Shown here one piece after another: positions 48,901 through 59,185 of a stretch of 64,000 bases of DNA. This stretch comes from Pirellulales bacterium (GTDB lineage Bacteria > Planctomycetota > Planctomycetia > Pirellulales > Pirellulaceae), in contig JAXMBN010000022.1 in assembly GCA_046349875.1 (NCBI GenBank), forward strand, positions 34,274 through 98,273. The letters are read 5' to 3'. Below the pieces are notes generated by a model that had not been told where the DNA came from, did no database searches, and saw nothing but the letters and a program-made list of their open reading frames with translations. The translations under genes and the position numbers were made by a program. Position 1 is the first letter of the stretch. Every line of letters begins with the position of its first letter.

Positions 48901-50340
48901 ATGCCAACTAGTCGCCTTCTCGAGAAGATACACAAACGCATCCAGCAGTATGACGAAGCGAGTCATCGCGTGGAAGCGATTCGCTTCTTTCATGAGTCTG
49001 CTATCGTCCCCTTGAAGGAAGCCAAAGAGTATGTTGAAGCATTGCAAACGGGACAAGCAATCGAAATTCATGCTGGCAACCGAGAATACTTGGAGTCGAT
49101 GGAAAAGCAGGATGTGATCGGCGCCGCAGCAAGCCTATGCTTTCACTTCGGCAAGTCACCTACGGAAGCCATTGCGGCAACTCTTCGTAGTGCTCAGCAT
49201 TTGGAAATTGAGGCCCACGACCTAGAGGCTTTTCAGGGATCGACACCTTCCTCTTCTGCTCGTGTCGAATCCATCGTCTTGGAACGAGCGATCGCGATTG
49301 CGCGAGAAAAGGCAATACTCAATTTGATGCAGCGCTCGGGTACAACGCGAGACGTTGCGGAACAAATCTTTGACAAGTTCTCTTCACCTGACGCCTCCTC
49401 GCCTCCTTCAATGGAAACGGGAGCCCAGCAAGATCAACAAGCGCTCCATGGATTTCAACCAATCAACGAATTCCAGTCAAGTAATCCACAAACATTGGCG
49501 TCGTCGCCATCCCATGCCATTCTTTCTCAGGCTTCAACGATATCGAAGTACCTCGCGATCAGTGCTCGTTTCGTTGCACTTTTCTATGGTATGGTCGCCA
49601 TCGCTGGTTTGATCTTCCTCAATTACAGCTTTCAAGCCTCACCTCGGCAGTTCGAGCGATTATCGCTTGTAGAAAGGACATCCGATGAGGAACAACGAAC
49701 CATCCTTCAATCTTGGGCGAGCGAGAATATTCCGTCGACCCTGACTTGGTTCTTTCGAATCGATCGCTATATCGACCAACGCTTGGAGCCGGGATTGCCA
49801 AGTGACTATTACTTCTTGGATACCGACTGGGACAAGAAGCTAAATCGTTTTAATCAAAGTGCAATGGAGGCCTTCCTTGCATACCATCGATGTCAGCAAA
49901 TGGTGTTGGTTTTCTACGTGACGGCGCTGCTTCTTGCGGCATGGTATGGCTATCAACCGAATCCAGTCGCAGCATTATCGATGGGGTTTCTCGGTGCCCT
50001 GGGGCTTGCTCCGATGCTTTCGAGTAGTTTTCAATGGGATCTTCAGAATGGAATGTGGCTTTTGCCACTCTTGATTCCCGGTTCGATGGCAATCGGGATA
50101 TCATTCGGTGACACACTGCTCATTCCTACACAATCAACACGACGTCTTCATGCGCGCGGATTATGGATAGGGATCATTGGCTTAGTCATCACCAGTTCAG
50201 TATTGGCATGGGCCATTCTCAGTCACGGTCATCTTCGCACCAATGCAGGGGTTGGAGTGTTCGCCAGCGTGTTGTTGATTCTGCATCATGCTTGGCATTA
50301 CGTACGGAGTTATAAAGGCTCATCAACTTCCTTGAAATGA
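48901..50340 (+). CDS. Hypothetical protein with an N-terminal soluble domain and C-terminal TM helices.
   Basis: 479-aa ORF with hydrophobic segments in the C-terminal half. No motif. Confidence 0.45.
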   Translation: MPTSRLLEKIHKRIQQYDEASHRVEAIRFFHESAIVPLKEAKEYVEALQTGQAIEIHAGNREYLESMEKQDVIGAAASLCFHFGKSPTEAIAATLRSAQHLEIEAHDLEAFQGSTPSSSARVESIVLERAIAIAREKAILNLMQRSGTTRDVAEQIFDKFSSPDASSPPSMETGAQQDQQALHGFQPINEFQSSNPQTLASSPSHAILSQASTISKYLAISARFVALFYGMVAIAGLIFLNYSFQASPRQFERLSLVERTSDEEQRTILQSWASENIPSTLTWFFRIDRYIDQRLEPGLPSDYYFLDTDWDKKLNRFNQSAMEAFLAYHRCQQMVLVFYVTALLLAAWYGYQPNPVAALSMGFLGALGLAPMLSSSFQWDLQNGMWLLPLLIPGSMAIGISFGDTLLIPTQSTRRLHARGLWIGIIGLVITSSVLAWAILSHGHLRTNAGVGVFASVLLILHHAWHYVRSYKGSSTSLK

Positions 50341-50480
50341 CTGGTCCTTTTGAGTTTTTGCGTTTCCTTCTGAACTCAATGCGGCTAAACAGCCCCATTC
50401 TTAGCCAGTCTCCCTCATCGCTCCCTGTTTGCGAGGCGACGATTCGAACCGAATGCGATAAACGTGCGTAAGATTATGGA

Positions 50481-52562
50481 TTGGTATCCATCTTCGCATT
50501 CTCATTGTCCACGAAATCACTCTTGATGTTCGACTCCAAGCCACCCCATGATCGACCTCCATCGCAACGTTTTGGGAGAACAAGCACTCGTCGACTACTA
50601 GTTCTGGCCACAGTGGGCGCACTGTTGAGTTGCGTATTCACATTTCGAAATAGCTCTCCTGTCGCATGCCAAGAGATCCATTCAGGATTACCATCCGCCA
50701 GCGATCCCATCAGCCCCTACATACGTCGCGTGTTCCAGGACGTTCAAGGAAATTATTGGATCGGTACCAATGAAGATGGCGTAGCCAGATATAACGGCGG
50801 GTCCTTGCAGTACTTCACCAATCGAGATGGGCTTGCAGGAAATGCCGTACGAGCCATCCTTCAAGATTCGACAGGAGCTCTTTGGTTTGCGACCGATGGT
50901 GGAGTAAGTCGATGGCACTACGAATCCTTCACAAACTACACAACCAAGCAAGGCCTTCTCGATAATGACTGTTGGGCGATGGTCCAAGATCCTTCGGGGA
51001 CGCTATGGGTCGGAACCAGACTTGGATTATGTCGCCTTGAGAATCAGGCCTTTGTCTCAGTCGATCTTCCAGCATCCAACGCCGAATCGTCGCCCTCGCG
51101 ATCACCATCACCTCTTATTTGGTCCTTACTCGTCGATCAACAAGGAAAGCTATGGGTAGGAACCGATGGAGCAGGGGTCTACCAGTACGATGGAATGCGA
51201 TTCACCTCTATGACGTCTCGCCAGGGCCTAGCAGGCAATCACGTGGCGTGTCTTTTCCAGGATCGAAAAGGACGCATGTGGTTCGGGTTCGTTGAAGGAG
51301 GAGTCTCCAGCTATGACGGCACGACAATTCAATCGTATGGAAAGTCCGACGGATTACCAGAAGGCTGGTGCTGGACGATGCTCGACGACAACAATGGAGA
51401 CTTGCTGATTTCCGTTCTTGGAACGGGACTGGTGCGGTTGGATGGAAATCGTTTCCGGCCCTTTGAGATCGACCATGTCGTCCTTCCCAAACACGTTCAA
51501 AGCCTCTATCGCGATCGACAGGGCCGGCTTTGGATGGGTTGTTCTGGAGGACTCTTTCGTCAATCAAACAAAGAGGTGATCCATATCACCAAGGACGGCC
51601 CATGGCCCGACCGTAAAGCATCGGCTATAGAACCATCACCCGCCATGAAACCCTTTGAAAGGCTCGTTGGAAGATCTTGGAAAGTCACGTTTCTGTCGGG
51701 ACATTCCATGACACACAGTTGGCGTTGGGGACCAGGCGGTCATTCGGTGGAACGATGGACCGAGGGCGAAGCAGCTCAAGGTACTCCGTGGAAAGAACTC
51801 ATCGTCTACTATGAAGACCCGAACTTGCAGACGACTCAACTTCTCGGCATCAGCCCTTACGATTCAGGGATCAGCAAAGGTTCGATCACCTTCGATGGAT
51901 CGCAAGCAACCTCAACCATTCAACTTGCTCAATCGCGCGGCAATCGTTCGATGCAAACGGTATGGCAGTTTATCAACACAGACGAATACTCAGAAAAACT
52001 GCTCGAACGAGATGCAAAGGGAAACTGGATGGAATTGGTCGAGTTCCGTCACCAGCGATTCTCTGAATTACCCACTGTCGATCACTCCCCTTTGGTGAAA
52101 ACGGTTCCCGAGTTGCCCGCTTACTGGAAGCCTTATCAACAGTTACTGAGCACGTGGATGGGCACCGTGAAGCCTTCAGGTCATGTTCCATGGGAGGCAA
52201 CGATGCAATGGATCCCTCACGCAAATTTTCTTTATGGGCGAGTGTTTCACTCGGCCGAACAACAAGCGACTCAACCGTGGATCAACATCTATCTCTATCG
52301 TGATACACCAAGCTCCACACTTCGAGGCTTGGTGCTGGTTGAGGATGGGGAATACTACCAAGGTGTCGTCGAAACAACTCCCGCTGGGGATTTGCAGTTC
52401 GTTCAGACCAAGCAAGGCACTGCGATGGATTCCGCATTGCGGGTGCAACTCTCGCCACAGGGGAATGGCCAGATCGAGCAAAAGCTCTGGCTTCCCCATA
52501 CGAACTCGCCATCCTCGCCGCTCCAGATTCTTCTTCGCCCATCCTCTTCTAAAAGGCGTTGA
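50481..52562 (+). CDS. Secreted two-component-regulator-propeller (Y_Y_Y-like) repeat protein with a C-terminal domain.
   Basis: Repeated NYWIGT / ALWFAT / TLWVGT / KLWVGT / RMWFG / RLWMG blades. Tat/Sec-like leader RRLLVLATVGALLSCVF (probable start about 50526). Confidence 0.6.
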   Translation: MVSIFAFSLSTKSLLMFDSKPPHDRPPSQRFGRTSTRRLLVLATVGALLSCVFTFRNSSPVACQEIHSGLPSASDPISPYIRRVFQDVQGNYWIGTNEDGVARYNGGSLQYFTNRDGLAGNAVRAILQDSTGALWFATDGGVSRWHYESFTNYTTKQGLLDNDCWAMVQDPSGTLWVGTRLGLCRLENQAFVSVDLPASNAESSPSRSPSPLIWSLLVDQQGKLWVGTDGAGVYQYDGMRFTSMTSRQGLAGNHVACLFQDRKGRMWFGFVEGGVSSYDGTTIQSYGKSDGLPEGWCWTMLDDNNGDLLISVLGTGLVRLDGNRFRPFEIDHVVLPKHVQSLYRDRQGRLWMGCSGGLFRQSNKEVIHITKDGPWPDRKASAIEPSPAMKPFERLVGRSWKVTFLSGHSMTHSWRWGPGGHSVERWTEGEAAQGTPWKELIVYYEDPNLQTTQLLGISPYDSGISKGSITFDGSQATSTIQLAQSRGNRSMQTVWQFINTDEYSEKLLERDAKGNWMELVEFRHQRFSELPTVDHSPLVKTVPELPAYWKPYQQLLSTWMGTVKPSGHVPWEATMQWIPHANFLYGRVFHSAEQQATQPWINIYLYRDTPSSTLRGLVLVEDGEYYQGVVETTPAGDLQFVQTKQGTAMDSALRVQLSPQGNGQIEQKLWLPHTNSPSSPLQILLRPSSSKRR

Positions 52563-52565
52563 TTC

Positions 52566-55500
52566 CTACCGAATCCATCGATTACCGTGTGTCTCCGCAA
52601 GGAGGATCAATCGAATCGATTGTGTCGCTGCTGGGTCAGCTGTTGGCGGTAAAACTTCAAAGGTTGCTGTCGCTTCTATTTCGGGAGGCTCCAGTTGCGC
52701 AAGCGATCTCGGACCGTCGAGTTTTGCAGGCATGGCGATCCAAGTTTCGATCCGATACGTACCTGGCGGAAGATGCGTGTTCAAGGTAAACGTCCCGTCG
52801 CTCGCGATAGTACCTTTGGCTCGATAAATCCCCTTTTCGGATCGGACATGCACATAAGCCCAAAGCGGAAGAGACCAATCGAAGTCTTTTGCTTGTTCAC
52901 CGGGGGAGCGAACAAACTGAGTGCCCTTCGACACAAGAATCTCACCTTGCAACGGTGCACCTCGGGGCGTTGTCCAATCGATTTTAACTACGGATCCGGC
53001 ATTCACAGTGATTGGTTCAGGGCTGCCGATATCGTAAGGCCCCGCATCGGAGGTGCGCTGGATCAGATACCGTCCTGCAGGCAACTCAAACCGATACGTG
53101 GCTCGCGTCCGCACTTGCTTTCCCTTTCCTTGCGTCGAATCGACGATCGTTTGCGATCGTTGCAAAACTTGAGTACCAGGAAGTGTGGAAGCTCCCTCCT
53201 TGGTCGAGAACCTTACCCGTCTCCGCAATTCATCCAAATTTCCCCATAGATCTTCGCGATCGAGTCGAAAAACCAAGAGTTCGACATCGGCATCTCTTTC
53301 CTTCGCATCGTCTGCAACAAATTGCCACTCGTCGATTCCTAATTCAATGCTTGCCGGAGGAGCAAGTGTCAACTCTGTATTCACCGTAGTATCTTGAATG
53401 GCAAACAACTGAACATCACCGGTAGGACGAGCCACCACGCAGGTACCGGTACCAGAAGCTTCTAGCGAAAACCGCCCCTCAGCATCCGTCACGCCATGCG
53501 CGATTTGCGCATTCGATCGTTTCGCATTCTCCAATAGTTCTGCAACGAATGGCTTTTGCCCCTGCGGTACCAAGTACACTTGGGCATCGCGAATGGGGTT
53601 GCCGCGATAATCAGACACGCGACCTACCAGTCGCTGTCGGCCTTTTCGCTCATTGGCGGCTTCTTTCGAATCGGCAGAAGGTTCTGCTTGAATGCGAATC
53701 GAATGGGTCGGTGTTGGGATCGTTACATCAACAAACTTGAAGACCTCTTCACCTTTGCGATCATCACCTTTTCGCGTTTCACGGGCCTCGATGGTCAGTT
53801 CCACCTCGACCCGTCCGAGATCTTCAGGCCCCAAAACGGGAGAAGAAATCATTTGGCGAAAATCGCTCTCGGGCAAATGCACTTCAGCGGTCAGCGTATA
53901 CTTGCCTGGCGGTAGATGCTCGCTGATCCAAAAGCTTCCATCTTTTTTGGTTCGTACGGAATCATAGAATCTTTCGCCACTGCGGACGTCGACTTTGCCA
54001 TAAAAAGGAACAGTCCAATCGAGCTTACGGGGTGCTTCTCCTTCCTGCCGCACAAAGATGCAATTGCTTGGCAAATGAATTTGTCCTCGAACCCCCATGC
54101 CTTCTGTGCGCCGCCAATCGATTCGTGGCGCAGCACCACCATCGACTGTGATCCACGCTTCTTCAATGGGTTGGTAAGCCGAGCGCAAACGCTGAACGCG
54201 ATACTTGCCTGGTGGAAGAGCCACCTCGATCTGGGCTTCGAGGAGGAAGTTGCGAAACTCGCCGTTTCCACCTGCCAATACCGTATCCTTTCGCTCACTT
54301 CGTAAGACTCCTTTGGAAAGAAGGCCGTTGCTTGAAGGATGCATCACTAAGAGCTGTCGGTTGTACTCGCAAAACTTCCAATCAGGCTCATTCGATGGAT
54401 CGCGAGTGATATTGATCCAACACTGAAGTGGACTTTCACTATCAACCGAGATCGCTTCCTTTCCTTTCTTTGATAACTCTTCCGTATACCCATAGCGAAG
54501 GTCGATCAAAACTTTGCCTGGTTCGGGCAAGCGAAGATCGGCGACCGCACCTTGTTCAGGGACAGGGAATGTCCAAAGGTCGACCAAGGGGGCCGAAGCG
54601 GCCAACACGCCGCGACGATTGGCAGGCAATTCAAAATGGCCGCGTTCATCGGTAATCGTCTCTGCGACCGCACCATCACGGCTTCGTTCAAGGGGCCAAC
54701 GGTTGGAATCTGCGCCTGTTTTTCCTTCGACAATATTAGACCGATGTCCCTCGGGAATGAAAAAGACTTTCGCTTGAGCGAGCGGCATTCCGTGATGATC
54801 GCGCAGGACTCCACGGACTTTACCAAGAGGCTTCAATCGGACCACGCGTTCCAATTGTTTTGGGCGTGGCAATGGCAATGCATCGATCACTTCCGTAACT
54901 TCGTATCCAGCGGCAAAGACACGCAATCGATCGTGACTACCATCTTCGCGATAGTGTACTAGCTGCTCAAAGACGCCACCTGGCAAATCTCGTCCGTATT
55001 GCTTGGAAAAGCCCCAAGCGATTTGCGAAGGAATCGTTGGATCATTCATTCCCCATTCCCAAGAGGCCTTTTCAATGGGCATTCCTGTTTCATCATCCAC
55101 GAGCTTGCCGACGATGGTAACGTAGTGTGCAACCATCTGCGATTCATTGCTTGCCGGTGATGCCTCAAGTTCCTCGCCTTGATGGTTGTTTTGATCCGAC
55201 GACGTTACAGCGAGTGAAGGTGGGAGTTCGCTATCATCCGCAATCATCCGCATGCTCCCACACAAAGTGATTGCAGCACTGCCCACGATGATGGCGAACT
55301 GACGCCAAAGCGAGTTCTTTTCGTCAAGTTTGTGTTGAACCGCTTGGGTGAATAAACGCTCGATACGAACTTGCATCGTCCGCTTCGAGAGAAAAGAAGT
55401 GGCAATCAAATGACGGGTGTCACGCCCTTGCAATGCCTTGCGGCTTGCATCGAGCAGCAGTTCAGCCAGGCGCTGCGGAGGACATCCACCACGCACGACC

Positions 55501-56432
55501 GCCTCATCGCACAATAATTCCGACGCGAGTTCGCGCTGCGCCAGCAACCAACGAACCCCCGGATGAAACCACCACACGATGCGGAGAGCTTCCGATAGCA
55601 ATCGCCATAGATCATCCCAGCGTTGCACGTGCGACAATTCGTGGTGCCACGCTGCGCGGCGGGATTCGTTACTCCAATCCAGCCAATGTTTGGGAACGAG
55701 GATCATGACCGGGAATCCACAAAGAACCATCGGCACTTGTACGGCATCGTGCATACCTACCAGTACCGCTCTCCGTACCTTGCCCTCCTTTCTGCATTCT
55801 TCAAACACCATTCGTTCGCTTGCAGGTATCTCCATCGCACTCTGCCGCCATCGAACGAGCTCCTTCAGCGATAACACCATGCGAATGCTCAATAAGAAGA
55901 CTCCCATCACCCAGAGCGTCAAAAGGAATGTTGATAAATAACCCCAGGCCTGTTGATCGGAGACATTGATATTAGGCGAACCGCCTTTGAAATGAGCTGG
56001 TGTATCTACCTTAGGAGTGTTCGCGTCTATGATCGCACCGTTGATCGCTACCACTTCCGAACGTTCCGTATCGTGCGGATCCTCTTGGTCTTGCTCATGA
56101 TGTTGCGAGGTAACACTGGATGCGATGGTCGATTCGGGCGCAGCGCGGTGGGAAGACGATGGGGCAACGGATGCCGATGTTGGCTCACCAGGAAGGACCA
56201 GCCAACCAGGGCCCCACTTAGGAATGACTCCGATCAAGGTGCAAATGACAATGGCCGAAGCTACGATGGCGTGGTAAACCGAAGTAGACCGCGGTCTACG
56301 CATGCGAAACCAAAACGCAACAAGGATGGCTGCAATTGCCCACCCTAGCGATTGCGTTAACAACCAAATCAACCAAGCGTCGAGTGCACTTGAATGCGAG
56401 CCAGCGATCCCCACGATTCGTTCCATGGTCAT
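52566..56432 (-). CDS. BlaR1/MecR1-family M56 peptidase signal transducer with a very large extracellular C-terminal region (1288 aa).
   Basis: M56 motif HELSHVQRWDDLWRLL. Four N-terminal TM helices. Long C-terminal repeat-containing domain. Start overlaps the blaI stop (ATGA). Confidence 0.75.
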   Translation of the reverse strand: MTMERIVGIAGSHSSALDAWLIWLLTQSLGWAIAAILVAFWFRMRRPRSTSVYHAIVASAIVICTLIGVIPKWGPGWLVLPGEPTSASVAPSSSHRAAPESTIASSVTSQHHEQDQEDPHDTERSEVVAINGAIIDANTPKVDTPAHFKGGSPNINVSDQQAWGYLSTFLLTLWVMGVFLLSIRMVLSLKELVRWRQSAMEIPASERMVFEECRKEGKVRRAVLVGMHDAVQVPMVLCGFPVMILVPKHWLDWSNESRRAAWHHELSHVQRWDDLWRLLSEALRIVWWFHPGVRWLLAQRELASELLCDEAVVRGGCPPQRLAELLLDASRKALQGRDTRHLIATSFLSKRTMQVRIERLFTQAVQHKLDEKNSLWRQFAIIVGSAAITLCGSMRMIADDSELPPSLAVTSSDQNNHQGEELEASPASNESQMVAHYVTIVGKLVDDETGMPIEKASWEWGMNDPTIPSQIAWGFSKQYGRDLPGGVFEQLVHYREDGSHDRLRVFAAGYEVTEVIDALPLPRPKQLERVVRLKPLGKVRGVLRDHHGMPLAQAKVFFIPEGHRSNIVEGKTGADSNRWPLERSRDGAVAETITDERGHFELPANRRGVLAASAPLVDLWTFPVPEQGAVADLRLPEPGKVLIDLRYGYTEELSKKGKEAISVDSESPLQCWINITRDPSNEPDWKFCEYNRQLLVMHPSSNGLLSKGVLRSERKDTVLAGGNGEFRNFLLEAQIEVALPPGKYRVQRLRSAYQPIEEAWITVDGGAAPRIDWRRTEGMGVRGQIHLPSNCIFVRQEGEAPRKLDWTVPFYGKVDVRSGERFYDSVRTKKDGSFWISEHLPPGKYTLTAEVHLPESDFRQMISSPVLGPEDLGRVEVELTIEARETRKGDDRKGEEVFKFVDVTIPTPTHSIRIQAEPSADSKEAANERKGRQRLVGRVSDYRGNPIRDAQVYLVPQGQKPFVAELLENAKRSNAQIAHGVTDAEGRFSLEASGTGTCVVARPTGDVQLFAIQDTTVNTELTLAPPASIELGIDEWQFVADDAKERDADVELLVFRLDREDLWGNLDELRRRVRFSTKEGASTLPGTQVLQRSQTIVDSTQGKGKQVRTRATYRFELPAGRYLIQRTSDAGPYDIGSPEPITVNAGSVVKIDWTTPRGAPLQGEILVSKGTQFVRSPGEQAKDFDWSLPLWAYVHVRSEKGIYRAKGTIASDGTFTLNTHLPPGTYRIETWIAMPAKLDGPRSLAQLEPPEIEATATFEVLPPTADPAATQSIRLILLAETHGNRWIR

Positions 56433-56815
56433 GGTTTCCTTTTCGATTGGAGTTCTTTTAGCTTGGCTTCTAGTTCGCGTATCTCTGCCGCCGAAAGCTC
56501 TCCCGATTCCACCAAACCAAGCGCCAGCCTTCGGGCCGATCCGCCGAAGAATCGTTTGGCGATGTCGGTCAACAAACGTTTCGTGCCTTGCTGCCGCGTC
56601 ATGGTAGGAGCGTACCGATAGGCGTTCTCTTCCCGCGTCGTCGAGACCAAGCCTGCTTTTTCCATGGTCTGCATCAACCCAAGGACGGTGGTGTAGGGAG
56701 TCTTCTTGGGCATGAACTCAAGCATTTCACGAACGGTCAGCGGTCCATGCTCCCATAACAGCTCCAGAACTTGATATTGCCGATCCGTGACGACAATCGC
56801 TTTTCGTCCAGCCAT
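56429..56815 (-). CDS. BlaI/MecI/CopY family transcriptional repressor.
   Basis: MAGRKAIVVTDRQYQVLELLWEHGPLTVREMLEFM...TTVLGLMQTMEKAGLV. The internal ATG at 56815 is the likely start (the ORF is open to 56884). Confidence 0.8.
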   Translation of the reverse strand: MAGRKAIVVTDRQYQVLELLWEHGPLTVREMLEFMPKKTPYTTVLGLMQTMEKAGLVSTTREENAYRYAPTMTRQQGTKRLLTDIAKRFFGGSARRLALGLVESGELSAAEIRELEAKLKELQSKRKP

Positions 56816-57067
56816 CTCACTCTCCTCATTGTTCCGTACCCATATGCACGTACGCATTATTCCGTAGGCCCGGCATGAAGTCAAGCTTTTCGATGGGGAA
56901 TCACAAAATCACTGCACTACTGAAAAGAACTCTGGTGAAATGAAGGTGGATCCCGCCACCAAGGCCATTCAAAAGCAAAACGCTGAGTAATGAATGAGAC
57001 TTTCGCCAATCATCCACCACTCAGCGTTCTGCATCCCAAGAACTGCTTGAAGGGAGGGAACATCGAT

Positions 57068-58186
57068 TTAAAGGAGCTGGACTACCTTGTCTGCTAGCCC
57101 CTTTTCCGTCAGGCTTCGTTCGCCAAGCACGATATTCATCTTGCCTGCCGATGCAACCTTTTCCAAAACTTCTAACTCGCGCAATCGCATCAAGGTAGGG
57201 TTCTCGGACAACAGCTTTGCCGTATTGGCTTGGCTACGCATCGCAGCCGTTTCTTCGCGGCGAGCGATCAGGTTTGCTTCGGCAGCCTTCTTGGCTTCCG
57301 TCACTCGATTCATCAAGTCCTTCATCTCTCCCGGGAGGATCACATCTTTGATCCCCACCGATCGCAACTGCAGACCTAACGCAGCTGCTTGAGCTCGAAC
57401 GTTCGTTTCAAGTTCTTGAGCGACATCCTCTTTGCCGGTCAAAAAGCTATCCAATTCGCGAGCTCCCACGATCGAACGCAGCGCCAGTTGAACCTCGCGA
57501 TACAACGACTGTCGAACATCACTGGATGCAGAAACGGCGCGCCGCGGATCCGCGATGACATAGGTTACCAGTGCGTTCATTCGCAACGTGACCTTGTCAA
57601 AGGTCATCATTTCTTGACCACCGACATCGATCTGCATTTCCCGAAGGTCGAGTTCGACGACTCGCGCATCGGCAGCATCCTTCCAGAACGCATACAGTCC
57701 CGAAGCAAGCTGAGCTTCATAGCGACCATCCGTGTACAAGACACCCACACAGTCACGCTCAACTTTGCATACATCCAACCATCGCGATGAATCCGCCGCG
57801 CGGACGATGGCTTTGAGTTCGCTATGCTCCACACGTACCTTGCGAGCATCGACGATTTCAAGCCGCACTTCGCGTACGCCCTTCCAATAAGCGTGTAATC
57901 CAGGTCCGAGAATACGCGTGAACCGACCGTCTACCCAAACCAACGCCCGCTGGAAATCCTTCAAATCGACGACCTCTGCATTCTCTCGCAGATATCCCGA
58001 GCGGACGATCATGTCGAGTTGATCATCGACAATCCATGGATCGCGCTTCGATACGATCTTGATCTTCGAGCGATTCCATGGGTCCAATAGCCAATGCTTA
58101 CCGGCATGCAACAATCCTCGAAACTCGCCGTCGTGGAAATGAAGGCCTACCTCATAGCTTCGAATGGCAACTCGCTTCACAATCAT
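57068..58186 (-). CDS. SPFH / band-7 (stomatin/prohibitin-like) domain protein.
   Basis: 372 aa with an SPFH-like core and a C-terminal coiled-coil AEANLIARREETAAMRSQANTAKLL. Confidence 0.65.
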   Translation of the reverse strand: MIVKRVAIRSYEVGLHFHDGEFRGLLHAGKHWLLDPWNRSKIKIVSKRDPWIVDDQLDMIVRSGYLRENAEVVDLKDFQRALVWVDGRFTRILGPGLHAYWKGVREVRLEIVDARKVRVEHSELKAIVRAADSSRWLDVCKVERDCVGVLYTDGRYEAQLASGLYAFWKDAADARVVELDLREMQIDVGGQEMMTFDKVTLRMNALVTYVIADPRRAVSASSDVRQSLYREVQLALRSIVGARELDSFLTGKEDVAQELETNVRAQAAALGLQLRSVGIKDVILPGEMKDLMNRVTEAKKAAEANLIARREETAAMRSQANTAKLLSENPTLMRLRELEVLEKVASAGKMNIVLGERSLTEKGLADKVVQLL

Positions 58187-58587
58187 TTTTTTCGCCTCCT
58201 TTCACGATGCGAACGATTTATCTTGACTCATTGTTTTCTAAAAAACGCCTTAAGGCGATCGGTTGTTGCTCATCACCGTACGACCGAGCGGAGAATAATT
58301 CGAAAGGAAACATCACTTGTGCTGCTCGATTTCGATCGTCGCCGCAGAGATTTGCGATGACGTTGCTCGTCGAGTCACACTAGCTCGATTCCTCCTGCCA
58401 TTACCTTCAAAGCTCATCGCTTGGTTGCCGGTCTCTTGTCAATCGTCCGTTGTCCACTCAGCTCTTCTTTCGAAGCGCCGAGCGCCGAAGCGAATGACAA
58501 GAATCCCAAGCAGACAAGTTCGACAACCGATGCCCGCCAGCTTTGGTGGAGGACGCTTTCGCGCCCACGGTTGGTTTTCAGCCAACT

Positions 58588-58662
58588 TGGTGCGTCAGAC
58601 GGGACTCGAACCCGTGACAGTCAGGTTACTAGCCTGATGCTCTACCGCTGAGCTACTTCAAT
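58588..58662 (-). tRNA. tRNA-like sequence (D-arm, anticodon arm with loop CTAGTAA, T-arm, CCA). The 5' acceptor strand does not pair, so it is a probable pseudo- or partial tRNA.
   Basis: Minus-strand read: ATTGAAG TA GCTCAGCGGTAGAGC A TCAGGCTAGTAACCTGA CTGTC ACGGGTTCGAGTCCCGT CTGACGC A CCA. The D, anticodon and T stems are canonical. The acceptor ATTGAAG/CTGACGC forms only 3 of 7 pairs. Confidence 0.4.
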
Positions 58663-58862
58663 CGAAAGCGCTTTGGAGCCCATTCACGGAACGCGACACA
58701 CTAACAGCCTCTCGCCGAGTGCATCGAGCCGCTGGAACGCCATCGACCAAACGCATGCATCGAAACTGGAATGCAGTGATTCGAACACTGTCCAACAGTT
58801 CTTGAGAACTGAGTCCGCTCCCAGGCGAACATCCCTAACGACCTTAGACCCGATGCGACCAT

Positions 58863-58900
58863 AAAAAAACCCGGTGTACCTATCAGAGGAACACCGGGTC
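58863..58900 (-). terminator. Rho-independent terminator (8-bp GC-rich stem, then a U7 run on the minus strand).
   Basis: Plus strand: aaaaaaa-cccggtgt-(13 nt)-acaccggg. The minus transcript reads CCCGGUGU...ACACCGGG UUUUUUU, downstream of the VOC gene and upstream of the tRNA-like sequence. Confidence 0.55.
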
Positions 58901-59185
58901 TTCCAAAGCCACATTGGTCCACCAAGACTACCTCTGTCGATACGACTCCCTGTTCGAACAACCCTCGAAGGGAGAAAACGTCGCGTTCTGCTCAAGGAAG
59001 AATGCGAGTTCATTACCCAAGGATTGGGATGTTCGAAGAATGAAGCTACCTGCTATTGATTTCATGGAACGTCTTCGGTGGATCGTATGATTTCTCGAAT
59101 CGAAATGGACTCATTCCTACATAGTCGCAATCAAAGAGACCCGTCGAGGCACTCGGGTTCGCATCCACTCATCACAAAAGTAGAT

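Noticed and set aside
56821-56870. A definite BlaI operator.
   Set aside because: Only direct TTCCGTA repeats and short dyads are visible, with no clear long palindrome of the TACA/TGTA type. Reported only as a candidate within a finding.
58588-58662. Calling this a functional tRNA-Thr(AGU).
   Set aside because: The acceptor stem forms only 3 of 7 pairs and an A34 anticodon would be atypical. It is kept as tRNA-like or pseudo with low confidence.
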